From IMG/VR virus record IMGVR_UViG_3300044731_000819, positions 1 to 56,699 of that record: 56,699 bases of DNA; one strand, given 5' to 3'. The notes beneath the pieces are model-generated. The model was not told where the DNA came from. It searched no databases and worked only from the letters and a program-made list of their open reading frames with translations. The stretch comes from a virus. Its lineage: Duplodnaviria > Caudoviricetes. The position numbers and the translations under genes are program-made. This document shows positions 19,401 to 28,525 of this stretch, piece after piece. The first letter of the stretch is position 1. Each line of letters begins with the position of its first letter.

Positions 19401-21655
19401 GGATAATCACCATTAGCATTGGTTGCAGGTGTATCAATATGTAAAGTCGTCTCTACAGGTCCTGCCCATATATATGGGTAATCTTCTTGGAAATCTCCTA
19501 CATTATATGAATCGGGACTATTAAAATCCGCCAATGGGCTTAAATTTATAGTTCCAGTTCTAGTATAATCTTGAACGTTTTGGGATAATCCATCAGCCGT
19601 TTCATTACCACTTAAATCAATATCAGAATCTTTACAATCACATCTTTCACACCCATCTTCGGTATATAATAACAAAGGTATTTTAACATTTTTAAACCAA
19701 TTATCCGCATATTTTACTCGTTTTGGTTTTTCAGGGTTATCATCACAAGGTTTACCAATCCATTTTTTTAATTTACAAATCGCCTTTCTAATACCATAAA
19801 TCAACAATTGTATTAAAAAGACAAGTTGCATTATTAAGAAAATAACCGGCCATAAAAATGCAAGTAAGTGCATAGGAATTATTATTGCCCTAAGCACAAA
19901 TTTCATAAGTGTTAAAAAGAAACTTAACAATATAAAAATTGGAACAAATCTATATTGAACATCATTAACAGGTAATTTATTAACTGACTCTTCACAATCA
20001 TCAGTATTAATATTTTTAATCTGTAATGTATTCCAAGTAAACCTTCTTGATGTATACCTATCCAATAATTGTGATACAGTATAAACTTTGTTATACTTCA
20101 TAAAGTAAAAGGTATCAACACAATCAATTGCTTCCAATGGGTCATTATAATCATACCAACTTAAACTAAATGCGTATGAACGTTCCAAACTATATTTTGC
20201 CAATGGTATTTTTTCAAATACCCAAGTTGCAGTTGCTTGGTCGTCCTCATATGTTGGTGTGATTGCAATTACGTCATTTGAATCTAACACAATGTCAGTT
20301 TTATTTCCAACATATGGATTTCCATCTAATTCAACCACATAATCAGTCACATTTGTTTTAGATTTAACACGATACACATAACCCGACTGACCGTTAATAT
20401 AGATTGTTGGGTCGTTTGTTTCAATTGTAAAAGTTTCAGTATCATATAATAATGGGTCTTCACCACTAGTCGTCCATCCATGTTCTTTAATATTTGGTAC
20501 TAAAAAATACCCTCGTCTATTTTCTTCTTCAAGACCAGCAGGTTGTTGCCACTTTATCTTAAATCTATATTTACCATTTGTTGGTATCCCTAATTTTGGG
20601 TCATCACTTAAAACTCTTTCCCCATTCTCATTAGTATACACATAATCCAAATTCATTGGGACTTCAACTACCCAAGTTCCATCAGCATCAATTAGTTTAC
20701 CATTCTGTGGTAAATCATATTTTTCTAATATAGGGTATCCATCGTCATCAATATCTATCGTTTGTCTTATCGCAATAATTTGACCAGGTCCTGATGTTAA
20801 TAAACATAATTGACCTAATTTGGATTTAACTTTACATCTTCTTCTAACTTTTTTAGTAGTCTCTGATGAGAATATAGAACCCATAAAAACCGCAGTGGGT
20901 TGAATGGTAATATTACTTGAACTATTACTTAAATCAAAGTCAGTACGAGTAATACCAACTTGACAAGTATCATCTTGTCCCCAAAATGCATTAACCTGAA
21001 CTATTTTTGTTTCATAAACAATTTGGGGTAATTCATTAAAGTTATTTGATGTTCTAAAAAAACTTCCATTAAATTGATTTTCACTTCCTCTACCAATTCT
21101 AATAAGGTCTTGGGGAGTCATTGAAAATTCTCCAATGTCTGACAAGTCAATATTCAATACAACCGTATGTGTTCCAACAGGAACCCCATAAATCATATAA
21201 TCCCCACTCTCGTTTGTAGTAACAGTATATTTGTAATATTTTTCAAATAATTCAGCGGCAATAGGGTCTTTTAAAACGTCTTCTCTTGTTGGGAATGTTC
21301 CTGTTGCAGAGTGTCCAACATATGATGGTGTATATGGTAAGAGGTTATATCTATAACCGTCTTCATTCACATCTTCAAGTGTTCTATAAGGATAGTATGA
21401 AGTTAATAAAGGATTATCCTCATCTTCAGGTTTTATTGGAATAAAAACAGAAACTTTAGCTTTAGGTAATCCGTATCCCCCGTTCACAAAAACTCTACCC
21501 GCAATAACTCCATAATTTGCACAACCAATAGGATAAACATCTTCTTGTCTAATCTTTAAAGACAATAATTCAATCTCTTCAAAATCTTGATTAATGTTTA
21601 CCGTTAAGTTTTGGTCTTTGCCAGGTGTAGTCTTAATCCTATATATTTTACTCAT
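16400..21655 (-). CDS. Large virion protein with N-terminal carboxypeptidase-regulatory-like beta-sandwich and an internal hydrophobic (TM-like) segment
   Basis: 1751 aa. IAGRVF..G..LP.AKVSV...TTNESGDYMIYGVPVGTHTV pattern; residues ~570-622 strongly hydrophobic. Confidence 0.55.
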   Translation of the reverse strand: MSKIYRIKTTPGKDQNLTVNINQDFEEIELLSLKIRQEDVYPIGCANYGVIAGRVFVNGGYGLPKAKVSVFIPIKPEDEDNPLLTSYYPYRTLEDVNEDGYRYNLLPYTPSYVGHSATGTFPTREDVLKDPIAAELFEKYYKYTVTTNESGDYMIYGVPVGTHTVVLNIDLSDIGEFSMTPQDLIRIGRGSENQFNGSFFRTSNNFNELPQIVYETKIVQVNAFWGQDDTCQVGITRTDFDLSNSSSNITIQPTAVFMGSIFSSETTKKVRRRCKVKSKLGQLCLLTSGPGQIIAIRQTIDIDDDGYPILEKYDLPQNGKLIDADGTWVVEVPMNLDYVYTNENGERVLSDDPKLGIPTNGKYRFKIKWQQPAGLEEENRRGYFLVPNIKEHGWTTSGEDPLLYDTETFTIETNDPTIYINGQSGYVYRVKSKTNVTDYVVELDGNPYVGNKTDIVLDSNDVIAITPTYEDDQATATWVFEKIPLAKYSLERSYAFSLSWYDYNDPLEAIDCVDTFYFMKYNKVYTVSQLLDRYTSRRFTWNTLQIKNINTDDCEESVNKLPVNDVQYRFVPIFILLSFFLTLMKFVLRAIIIPMHLLAFLWPVIFLIMQLVFLIQLLIYGIRKAICKLKKWIGKPCDDNPEKPKRVKYADNWFKNVKIPLLLYTEDGCERCDCKDSDIDLSGNETADGLSQNVQDYTRTGTINLSPLADFNSPDSYNVGDFQEDYPYIWAGPVETTLHIDTPATNANGDYPDVLFSNSLTIAERLNCFNLKDKYFDTTTVNGGVGRNQVKRTISGNGNLFHYDNTMILVVDAGEIGSFTTGQLLSFSDPSLSSDPNLTGSSVANTGGTNSITGTPIANGSQWTLNYASPTNPNVSNSVTYTINYTSETANYLAYPTDMEFYQVLTGLTLNSFFALTENSTNINGNYLYRNSKPDFLNRYLNNQMRVFMTVGDYLGADIDCTNQLWRSIALAPSPAYNVSSDSNIQTPLYYLDGKEGLGIIILQRGVDPHSPKVQQEIDLSRIFGWTNYGQQGLTITGEYKLNVPIQASNNGLRLPRHDQFATNSSTDTFGTIFFNSTMNVQSTFTGYTSNLLRYYSRLGSSGSGGPVTESGGLLTAVQSSSNLINSTTDCDCNTFYNIKTGWRFTNGNNSLYGYASGEYIEGGSSCNAYISASNTQVYCSQTVLTEVAVSTSYSTNIYPNTTSVNMSNPTKLVMRTDRLPSSTQVPTGNTTGDGVRLLYQNPNFTIYLFDESGAATGLGSAPEVYTFTEIETGDTPTEYANVIESLSDCSKAVPLECYIVNPDNTVSIKPCDDSDGTCCGKDYSLGGFRSWFNYGYGCYSLVSFPIISIVKDFKLIVEFIQRLKLNMALCFDVFSHTFGNAWINGTLYAFPFQMNTFFDAQNKPTYNYCKELLYFHDPTNNFYYRSSPYNDNNNKFIGRDTNERANGNGNVKQLGFPTTMMDLGPKVSYLQEIVFSDDYDGYIVDKLDATSFKNVSDLLNVMILSRFVNENFISLFLPGIGDGSDPSIAGFFKNKRWNPSGNILFPGTIDGDYSQMSAINSEFGIAEFSPEGYDVNTSFKVKRDNSEYAYFEIFFSGNNQDRDYITPRRKIWNENASTAPLPSDFGYISTFSQEVPFYEWDIKTTNSNTIFGNQNNNWDTNESGFFKYKYQSIDRISPASHPIIVGSTNSKYWKGFIYNVDANGNATDAIPSGFQDKRQINNPFFFYFGLNKGASAYDKFKTKYINDTDL

Positions 21656-21668
21656 CGGATTTTATTTC

Positions 21669-21675
21669 ATAAATA
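21669..21675 (-). promoter_or_regulatory. TATTTAT putative late-promoter motif
   Basis: 13 nt upstream of ATG 21655. Confidence 0.55.
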
Positions 21676-21738
21676 GTTATGACGGCATTTTTCTAAACGC
21701 AATCATAGAAATAATAAGTCCGAATAAAATAAAATAAA

Positions 21739-23577
21739 TTAAGAAACTGTAACTGATTGGAAGTTTTTCACCCTTACTCTAATATCTTTGGTCGGGAACC
21801 TAACTTGATATACTTGGTTTGGTAATGCGAAAATAGTTCCATCTTGTGGTGCAATCAATTTTGTCGCAGAATCGGCATATGCCATAGAAGTCTGAGATGA
21901 TGAATATTCCCCTCCTATTTCATTGAATATGTCAATTTGTGTGACGGATATCACTCCATTCTCAGATTGTAAAATTCTATTAATCTCTGATATATTAACA
22001 TTCTGTCCCAATTCTCTATTAGCAGGACTAAAATAATTAGATATCTTATCAATAATTGATGTGATGATATTACCCTGATTTTGTGTTGATTCTAATACAA
22101 CATAAACATCTAAACTCAAATCAACCACATCAGCAGTTTCAATTGCAATGTAGTCATTAATCATTCTGAAGTTAGATAGATAAGTTGCAAGGTTATCCAA
22201 CAATGCATTTGATACAGTATTAGTCAACGCTCCACCTGTATCATATGATAAGATTTTAACTTTAATCTTATTCTCTTCTTCCATTACCGCAACTTTAGCA
22301 GGTGCCCCAAATTGACTTGGCATTTTTCTAATTAACGCCTCATAGTCATTAACTGTTACCGCTCTGTTTTGACTTGCGAAGTTAAACGCCACATAGTTTC
22401 TAACCTCTTCAAGTGTAGGTTGTCCTGCTCCACCGATTGCCGCAGTTACGTTATTACAACGTAAAGAATTAATAACCGCAGTGTTTGTAGTTTCAGATGG
22501 TCCGTTTACTACAAAGATAACAGTTCCAACCTGATTGATTGTATTAACACCAATATTACTTCCAACACCACCACCTGAACGATACTGAATAAACAATGTC
22601 GTATTTGGTTTAAGTGTTGAACCTAATGAGAAGTTATTTAAGAAATTTTGGATTGTCGGTAAAGTTCCTGAATTCGTGAATTCTCTCAATTGGTCTTCAG
22701 CCGAACCTGTTCCACCACCAAAAGTTAATTTCATAAATCCCTCAGGTGTAAATTCACTGATAAATCTATTATTAGTTTGTATCCAAGTACCAATCTTAAC
22801 ACCAGGCTTATCTGATGGTTTTGTTGAATCTTCAATGAAAACTCTATCTTGAGCTAATGCGTCCACCTCATACCATCTACCATCAACACCCAAAAATTCT
22901 TGTGGACCCGGTACGTTAGCATAATTGGTTCCGTCTTTTTGGATTACACTTGTAATACCCAAAACATTCTTACCAGGTAAGAAAATTTCATAGAATGGTC
23001 TAACATCGTTTGGTGTGATTACTTGTTTGAATACTTTAGTAACACCATTAACAACCAATTCTCTTTTAGTAATAGTATAATTAATTAAGTTACCTCTTGA
23101 GTCAAAATTAGGAATCTTTAATCTGTTTGGATATCCTTGTGAGTTATATGGTGAAGTAAAATCAATATCGTAAATTGTCTCAAATATTTGTCCCGCCCCA
23201 ACAACTTGAGAACCTCTTCTCAAAATACCTTCATATCTTTCATCATCTTTATCTCCATTAGCCGGTACTGTAATTGAAAATTCAACTAACGCAACTGAAG
23301 GTCTTTGACCAGGAATTTTCAATCCATAAGTTCTTGCCAAATTATAAACTGATGAACGTTGTTGAGCAAATTGTAAAACTGTTTCTTGAACACTTCTATC
23401 AATATGATAGTGTAAGTTATCAGAAACCGCAGCATTCAAATCCATAAACACCGAGAACACCGATGCATCATTGAAGTTATCAATTAATTCAGGGTAGTAA
23501 GCTTTTACAAAATTTACAAGTTCTGTTCTAATTCCTTGGAAGTCCCTTACGGTATACGATATTCTTTTTTCAGCCAT
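21739..23577 (-). CDS. Baseplate wedge subunit (T4 gp6 / baseplate J-like)
   Basis: RDFQGIRTELVNFVK N-terminus; ETVLQFAQQRSSVYNLARTYG; SQNRAVTVNDYEALI motif; adjacent to the gp25-like gene. Confidence 0.85.
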   Translation of the reverse strand: MAEKRISYTVRDFQGIRTELVNFVKAYYPELIDNFNDASVFSVFMDLNAAVSDNLHYHIDRSVQETVLQFAQQRSSVYNLARTYGLKIPGQRPSVALVEFSITVPANGDKDDERYEGILRRGSQVVGAGQIFETIYDIDFTSPYNSQGYPNRLKIPNFDSRGNLINYTITKRELVVNGVTKVFKQVITPNDVRPFYEIFLPGKNVLGITSVIQKDGTNYANVPGPQEFLGVDGRWYEVDALAQDRVFIEDSTKPSDKPGVKIGTWIQTNNRFISEFTPEGFMKLTFGGGTGSAEDQLREFTNSGTLPTIQNFLNNFSLGSTLKPNTTLFIQYRSGGGVGSNIGVNTINQVGTVIFVVNGPSETTNTAVINSLRCNNVTAAIGGAGQPTLEEVRNYVAFNFASQNRAVTVNDYEALIRKMPSQFGAPAKVAVMEEENKIKVKILSYDTGGALTNTVSNALLDNLATYLSNFRMINDYIAIETADVVDLSLDVYVVLESTQNQGNIITSIIDKISNYFSPANRELGQNVNISEINRILQSENGVISVTQIDIFNEIGGEYSSSQTSMAYADSATKLIAPQDGTIFALPNQVYQVRFPTKDIRVRVKNFQSVTVS

Positions 23578-23581
23578 AATT

Positions 23582-24040
23582 TTATATATTAATTATTACA
23601 AAATCTTTAGAGTTAAATACGTTATCTGTAATAACATAATCAATCCTAACTTTTGCAGTATATTCTCTATTACTTAATCCCGTCATATTATAACTTCGTC
23701 CTCCTGAACTTTCTGTAGATACTGAAGAGTCAACGTCGTCATTTGATGCGTCTGTAATTGAGATATTTGAAATTTTAAGGTTAGGTATATATTTTTCACA
23801 AGATTGTCTAATTTCAGATTCAATATTATCGAAAGTCAAACTATCCATAGGTTCAAAAATATATTCATACAATCTACTTCCAAAATCAGGTAAATAATAT
23901 CTAGACCCTCTTCTTGTTAATAAGAGATGAACCAAATTATTCCTTATTTCATCTTCCGCAGTTTGTGATAAAGTTAAATATTTTCCTACCTGTGAAATTC
24001 TGAATGGAAAATCAATACCATATGTTTTACCATTTGCCAT
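23582..24040 (-). CDS. Baseplate wedge subunit, gp25-like
   Basis: GIDFPF...IRNNLVHLLLTRRGSRYYLPDFGSRLYEYIFEP signature. Confidence 0.9.
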   Translation of the reverse strand: MANGKTYGIDFPFRISQVGKYLTLSQTAEDEIRNNLVHLLLTRRGSRYYLPDFGSRLYEYIFEPMDSLTFDNIESEIRQSCEKYIPNLKISNISITDASNDDVDSSVSTESSGGRSYNMTGLSNREYTAKVRIDYVITDNVFNSKDFVIINI

Positions 24041-24045
24041 ATGTT

Positions 24046-24052
24046 ATAAATA
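24046..24052 (-). promoter_or_regulatory. TATTTAT putative late-promoter motif
   Basis: 5 nt upstream of ATG 24040. Confidence 0.55.
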
Positions 24053-24082
24053 TAATGTCGTGATATTTTAACTAAATAGTGT

Positions 24083-24112
24083 AAAAATAAAAATCCTAAT
24101 AGTATTAGGATT
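24083..24112 (-). terminator. Probable intrinsic terminator
   Basis: AATCCTAAT-agt-ATTAGGATT hairpin followed by a T-rich tract on the minus strand. Confidence 0.55.
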
Positions 24113-24286
24113 AAATCAAAACGATTATTTTACCATCAATTGTTTTTGGGATATTATTATCGTACTCAAATTCTATAAATTCTTGATTGAGTATATGTTC
24201 AGTTATGAAATCATTGATGGGATAATAATTCAAACAATCTACAATCGGTTTTTCTCTTGAATTATACTTATAATACCCAACCTCAT
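24111..24286 (-). CDS. Small hypothetical protein, start uncertain (possibly frameshifted near the start)
   Basis: The frame VGYYKYNSREKPIVDCLNYYP...IIVLI* fills the gap. The ATGA-coupled ATG at 24286 is one base out of frame with it. Confidence 0.35.
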
Positions 24287-25050
24287 AATCCCATATCGTC
24301 AATGAATTTTTTGTGGGACTTTTTGTAAGAAGATTTACTTTCGTCATGAACATCTGTTGTATATTGCCAATTCCAATATAGTTTCTTATTTGGTTCAAAT
24401 CCATAGAATTTATGAACTTCCATTTGAGTTTTTGTAACATTCTCACCATTCCAATTCTGACCAACACAAATAAAACCAGTTTCAATACCTTCAACTATGT
24501 TTTTCTCACCTAAAGTACTATGTCTATTCTGAATCCAAGTTAATCTTTCAATTAGATTTTGATAATACATATTGGACTGACCCCATCTTACAGAACTGAA
24601 GAATATTACCGCATCAGACTCAAAAAGTTCTTTGGACACTTTCCAAAGTTCATCCGTTTTTTCATTTAAACTAGCCCAACATCTGTGATGTCCCGAAGGA
24701 TTTTTTTTATCATCTTTAAGTAAAGATTTCAAAATACCACAACTATTACCCTCTTTTCTTGAAACATTCCCTTCACAAGGAAAAATCTTGAGTTCTGAAA
24801 CATCCATAAAAACTGATTTATCACCAAGTTCTTCATTCAAATACATCGCAATTAATTTTGATTTAGGAACATCAATTTTTTTAGGGTCCCAGTTAAATCT
24901 ATTTGAACAACTTAACAATAAAACTTTTTTCTTCTTTTTTAAAATGTCTAAAGTTTGTTTTAATTTTTTAGCACCATCCTCTTGGACTAATTCTTCCAAA
25001 AGCATCATTTTTCTTATTTTTTCAATTTCTTCCTGAATAATATTAGACAT
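24283..25050 (-). CDS. Flavodoxin-fold protein (NADPH-dependent FMN reductase / iron-sulfur flavoprotein-like)
   Basis: VLLLSCSNR; LKIFPCEG...CG...RCW; ELFESDAVIFFSSVRWG...LIERL. Start placed at ATG 25050 because a terminator and a TATTTAT motif (25055-25061) lie between nrdA and this ATG. Confidence 0.7.
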   Translation of the reverse strand: MSNIIQEEIEKIRKMMLLEELVQEDGAKKLKQTLDILKKKKKVLLLSCSNRFNWDPKKIDVPKSKLIAMYLNEELGDKSVFMDVSELKIFPCEGNVSRKEGNSCGILKSLLKDDKKNPSGHHRCWASLNEKTDELWKVSKELFESDAVIFFSSVRWGQSNMYYQNLIERLTWIQNRHSTLGEKNIVEGIETGFICVGQNWNGENVTKTQMEVHKFYGFEPNKKLYWNWQYTTDVHDESKSSYKKSHKKFIDDMGL

Positions 25051-25072
25051 ATTAATAAATACTTCTTTAAAT

Positions 25073-25097
25073 AAAAAAACCCGACAATGTCGGGTTT
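25073..25097 (-). terminator. Intrinsic terminator after nrdA
   Basis: AAACCCGAC-att-GTCGGGTTT ending in a T7 run on the minus strand. Confidence 0.85.
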
Positions 25098-25100
25098 CTA

Positions 25101-27533
25101 TTATGATGAACAACCAAAACAATCAAATTGACTATTATCAGGTTTTGGTGGTAAATTCATACTTGTATAATCTACCTTTGGTGGTTCAGGTGTTGGATTT
25201 GGTTTGTTAATTTTTGAGATATCAACTGCCAAGTGTTTCGCTCCTGTTGAGATTGCCTTTGTTCTTACATAATAACAAAGTGTTTTCAATCCCTTTTCCC
25301 ATCCATAAAAATGTGATGATGAAATCTTTGACAATGTTGGGTTACCCATATAGATGTTCATTGATTGTGATTGGTCAATAAATGGTGCTCTGTCGGCCGC
25401 CATTTCAATCAATGACTTTTGTGAGATTTCCCAAATTGTTTTATACTTGTTAATCAAGTGTTCAATTCTTTTAACTTTTGAATTGTATTTCTTATCTTCT
25501 TGGTCAAGATAGTTGTTGAAGTTAATGTTTTGAATTGAGCCTTCGCACATTATGATTTCATTCTTTAAGTCCTCACACCAAATTCCAATCTTTTCAAAGT
25601 CGTTAATTAAGTACTTGTTAACAATCATAATTTCGCCACCAACTACACGTCTGTTAAAGATTGCTGAGTGAGCTGGTTCAGTCATTTCGTATGAACCTGT
25701 AATCTTCGCCGAAGATGCTACAGGCATTTGAGCCGTGAATAATGAGTTACAAACACCATAATCTTTAACTTCTTCTTTTAATGAGTTCCAATCCCATCTT
25801 CCTGACAAATCACCTTCATTAAGTCCCCACATATCAAATTGGAATATTCCTTCTGACATCGGTGAACCGTTAAAGAAATCATATGGTTTATATTCTTCTG
25901 ACTTACATAAACTACAACTTTCAGTAATTGCTGCAAAATAAATTGTTTCAAATATTTCTTTATTCAACTTACGAGCTTCATCAGATGTGAAGATATAATC
26001 CATCAAATAGAATACATCTGCAAGCCCTTGTGTTCCAATTGCAATTGCTCTTTGTTCCAATCCACCCTTACGACCTTTTTCAGTTGAGTAGTTATTGATA
26101 TTAACAACTTTGTTCAATGCTCTTACAACTTTACGAGTTTCTTCATACAAACCTTTAAAATCAAACTCACCATCTTTCACATAGTTCTTCAATACCATAG
26201 ATGAAAGAGTACAGATAGCAGTTGTTTTCTCATCTGTATATTGGTAAATCTCGTTACAAAGATTTGATTGTTTGATTACACCAATATTCTGATGATTTGT
26301 CTTTTTGTTAGCATTGTCTTTAGAACAAAGATATGGTACACCCGTTTCAATTTGAGATTCAATAATCTTGTTCCAAATTTCTTGAGCCTTAACTTTCTTA
26401 CCGAGGCCTAACTCAACCGCCTTGTTATAGTTAGTTTCATACTCATCACCAAAAGACTCTTGTAATGGTTTGATACCCGATTTAACGATATCATTAGGAC
26501 AGAACAAATACCAATCGTCATTGTTCTTAACTGCGTTCATAAAGTTGTCAGGAATCCAAAGTGCGGTAAATAAATCACGAGCCCTTAATTCCTCAGCACC
26601 TGTATTCTTTTTAATATCCAATAAATCAAAGATATCTTTATGCCAAGGTTCCAAGTAAATTGCCGCAGAACCTGGTCTACGTCCTTGTTGGTTGAAGAAA
26701 CGAAGTGACTCGTTAACAATCTTCAAATACTTCAACAACCCTCCAGCGTATCCACCTGAAGATGTAATACGACTCTCCTTACTACGAATGTTAGACATTG
26801 ATAATCCGATACCCGCAGCATCTGATGAATAAGTTGAGATGTCTCTCATAGTATTCAACAAACCTTCACGAGAATCCGAATCATTATAATGAAGAACACA
26901 AGATGCTAATTGTGGAACCTTTGTTCCCGCATTAATCATAATTGGGGTCGCTGGAGATATTCTCTGACTTGACAATGCTTGATAGTATTCAACCGCTTCT
27001 TCAAATGTATTAGTAACCCAAAGAGCGACTCTCATATACATATGTTGAGGTCTTTCGACAACTTTACCACTTGGTAATTTCAACAAATACATTTCAGAAA
27101 GTGACCTCCAAGCAAAATAGTCAAAGTTATAATCATTATCGTGATTAATTACCTCGTCAATTTTACTAGGACCATAAGATTCAACAATCGCCATTAATTC
27201 ATTACTTACAATACCATCAACGTGTAAGGTATGCATTGTATTTGAAAAACTTGGGTCAGTTTCTTTGTGGTATGATGAAATTGCAACTGATGATGCCAAA
27301 CGAGAGTAATCATGGTGACTACCTGTAAAAGCTGCGGCAATTTCATAAATTAACTTATCCAAATCTTTGGTAGCGATAACCCCTTCAGTTGGTACTGAAG
27401 TAATTACCTTAATAAAGATTTCGTCAGAATTTACATTCAAACCTTTTGAGGCTCGTTTAATTCTTTGATAAATTTTCTGTGGGTTAAACGATGCGTCGTC
27501 CCCACTACGTTTTTTAATTCTAAGTGACATCAT
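25101..27533 (-). CDS. nrdA: Ribonucleotide reductase class Ia alpha subunit with N-terminal ATP cone
   Basis: ATP cone (IKKRSG..FNPQKI), QLASC, SNLCNEI catalytic motif, GLKTLCYYVR, C-terminal CFGC redox pair. Confidence 0.97.
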   Translation of the reverse strand: MMSLRIKKRSGDDASFNPQKIYQRIKRASKGLNVNSDEIFIKVITSVPTEGVIATKDLDKLIYEIAAAFTGSHHDYSRLASSVAISSYHKETDPSFSNTMHTLHVDGIVSNELMAIVESYGPSKIDEVINHDNDYNFDYFAWRSLSEMYLLKLPSGKVVERPQHMYMRVALWVTNTFEEAVEYYQALSSQRISPATPIMINAGTKVPQLASCVLHYNDSDSREGLLNTMRDISTYSSDAAGIGLSMSNIRSKESRITSSGGYAGGLLKYLKIVNESLRFFNQQGRRPGSAAIYLEPWHKDIFDLLDIKKNTGAEELRARDLFTALWIPDNFMNAVKNNDDWYLFCPNDIVKSGIKPLQESFGDEYETNYNKAVELGLGKKVKAQEIWNKIIESQIETGVPYLCSKDNANKKTNHQNIGVIKQSNLCNEIYQYTDEKTTAICTLSSMVLKNYVKDGEFDFKGLYEETRKVVRALNKVVNINNYSTEKGRKGGLEQRAIAIGTQGLADVFYLMDYIFTSDEARKLNKEIFETIYFAAITESCSLCKSEEYKPYDFFNGSPMSEGIFQFDMWGLNEGDLSGRWDWNSLKEEVKDYGVCNSLFTAQMPVASSAKITGSYEMTEPAHSAIFNRRVVGGEIMIVNKYLINDFEKIGIWCEDLKNEIIMCEGSIQNINFNNYLDQEDKKYNSKVKRIEHLINKYKTIWEISQKSLIEMAADRAPFIDQSQSMNIYMGNPTLSKISSSHFYGWEKGLKTLCYYVRTKAISTGAKHLAVDISKINKPNPTPEPPKVDYTSMNLPPKPDNSQFDCFGCSS

Positions 27534-27552
27534 AGTTTAAAAAGATAGTAAA

Positions 27553-28500
27553 TTAAAAGTCATCAGTAAAGGAGAGAGTCTCATTTAACTTTGCTTTTTG
27601 ATATTCAACTGTTCTAGATTCAAAGAAATTACCTTTTGTTTCAACGGCAATTTGTTCCATAAATTTGAATGGTTGTTCAACATTGAATTGTTTTTTACAA
27701 CCAAACTTAACTAATAATCCATCAACCACAAACTCCAAATATTGTTTCATCAAATTTTGGTTCATTCCAATAAGAGACACTGGTAATGATTCTGTGATAA
27801 ATTCTTTTTCAATTTCAAGTGCCGACAATAAAATTTCTTTAATTCTCTTCTCACTTGGTTTGTTTTCAATGTGATTGTTCAATAAATGAATTGCAAAATC
27901 ACAATGTAGATTTTCATCTTTAAAGATTAAAGAATTAGCATTACACAAACCTTGCATAATACCACGTGACTTTAACCAAAAGATTGAACAGAATGAACCA
28001 GAAAAGAAGATACCCTCAACTGCCGCAAATGCCACCAATCTCTCTTGGAAAGACGCATTTTCAATCCAATCCAAAGCCCATTTAGCCTTCTTTTGAACTG
28101 CCGGAAGATTATCCAATGCGGTGAAACATTTGTTCTTTTCCTCTTCATTTGACACGTATGTATCAATAAGAAGAGAATACATTAATGAATGGATGTTCTC
28201 CATTGCAAGTTGCATCCCATAGAAAAATTTAGCTTCAGGGTACTGAACTTCACGATAGAAGTTTTCTGCCAAATTTTCATTAACAATCCCATCTGACGCC
28301 GCAAAAAACGACAAAATGTTCTTAATGAAATACTGTTCATTTTCTGATAAATTTTCCCAATCTCTTATATCCCCACTTAAATCAATCTCTTCCGCTGTCC
28401 AAAATGCCGCTTGATGCATTTTATAATATTCCCAAATATCATTATATTGAATCGGAAAGATTACAAATCTGTTTGGGTTTTCTACTAATATTTTTTCCAT
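27553..28500 (-). CDS. nrdB: Ribonucleotide reductase class Ia beta subunit
   Basis: [30 protein letters not shown] (radical Tyr), [15 protein letters not shown] diiron ligands. Confidence 0.97.
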   Translation of the reverse strand: MEKILVENPNRFVIFPIQYNDIWEYYKMHQAAFWTAEEIDLSGDIRDWENLSENEQYFIKNILSFFAASDGIVNENLAENFYREVQYPEAKFFYGMQLAMENIHSLMYSLLIDTYVSNEEEKNKCFTALDNLPAVQKKAKWALDWIENASFQERLVAFAAVEGIFFSGSFCSIFWLKSRGIMQGLCNANSLIFKDENLHCDFAIHLLNNHIENKPSEKRIKEILLSALEIEKEFITESLPVSLIGMNQNLMKQYLEFVVDGLLVKFGCKKQFNVEQPFKFMEQIAVETKGNFFESRTVEYQKAKLNETLSFTDDF

Positions 28501-28525
28501 ATATTTTTTGTTTATGTTTTAATAA

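Noticed and set aside
24045-24052. Canonical T4 late promoter TATAAATA on the plus strand
   Set aside because: It would point away from the adjacent gene start, antisense to upstream genes; orientation across both strands indicates TATTTAT on the coding strand is the relevant reading.
25051-25122. Track start of the flavoprotein at 25122
   Set aside because: The extension crosses the nrdA terminator and the TATTTAT motif; ATG 25050 is more plausible.
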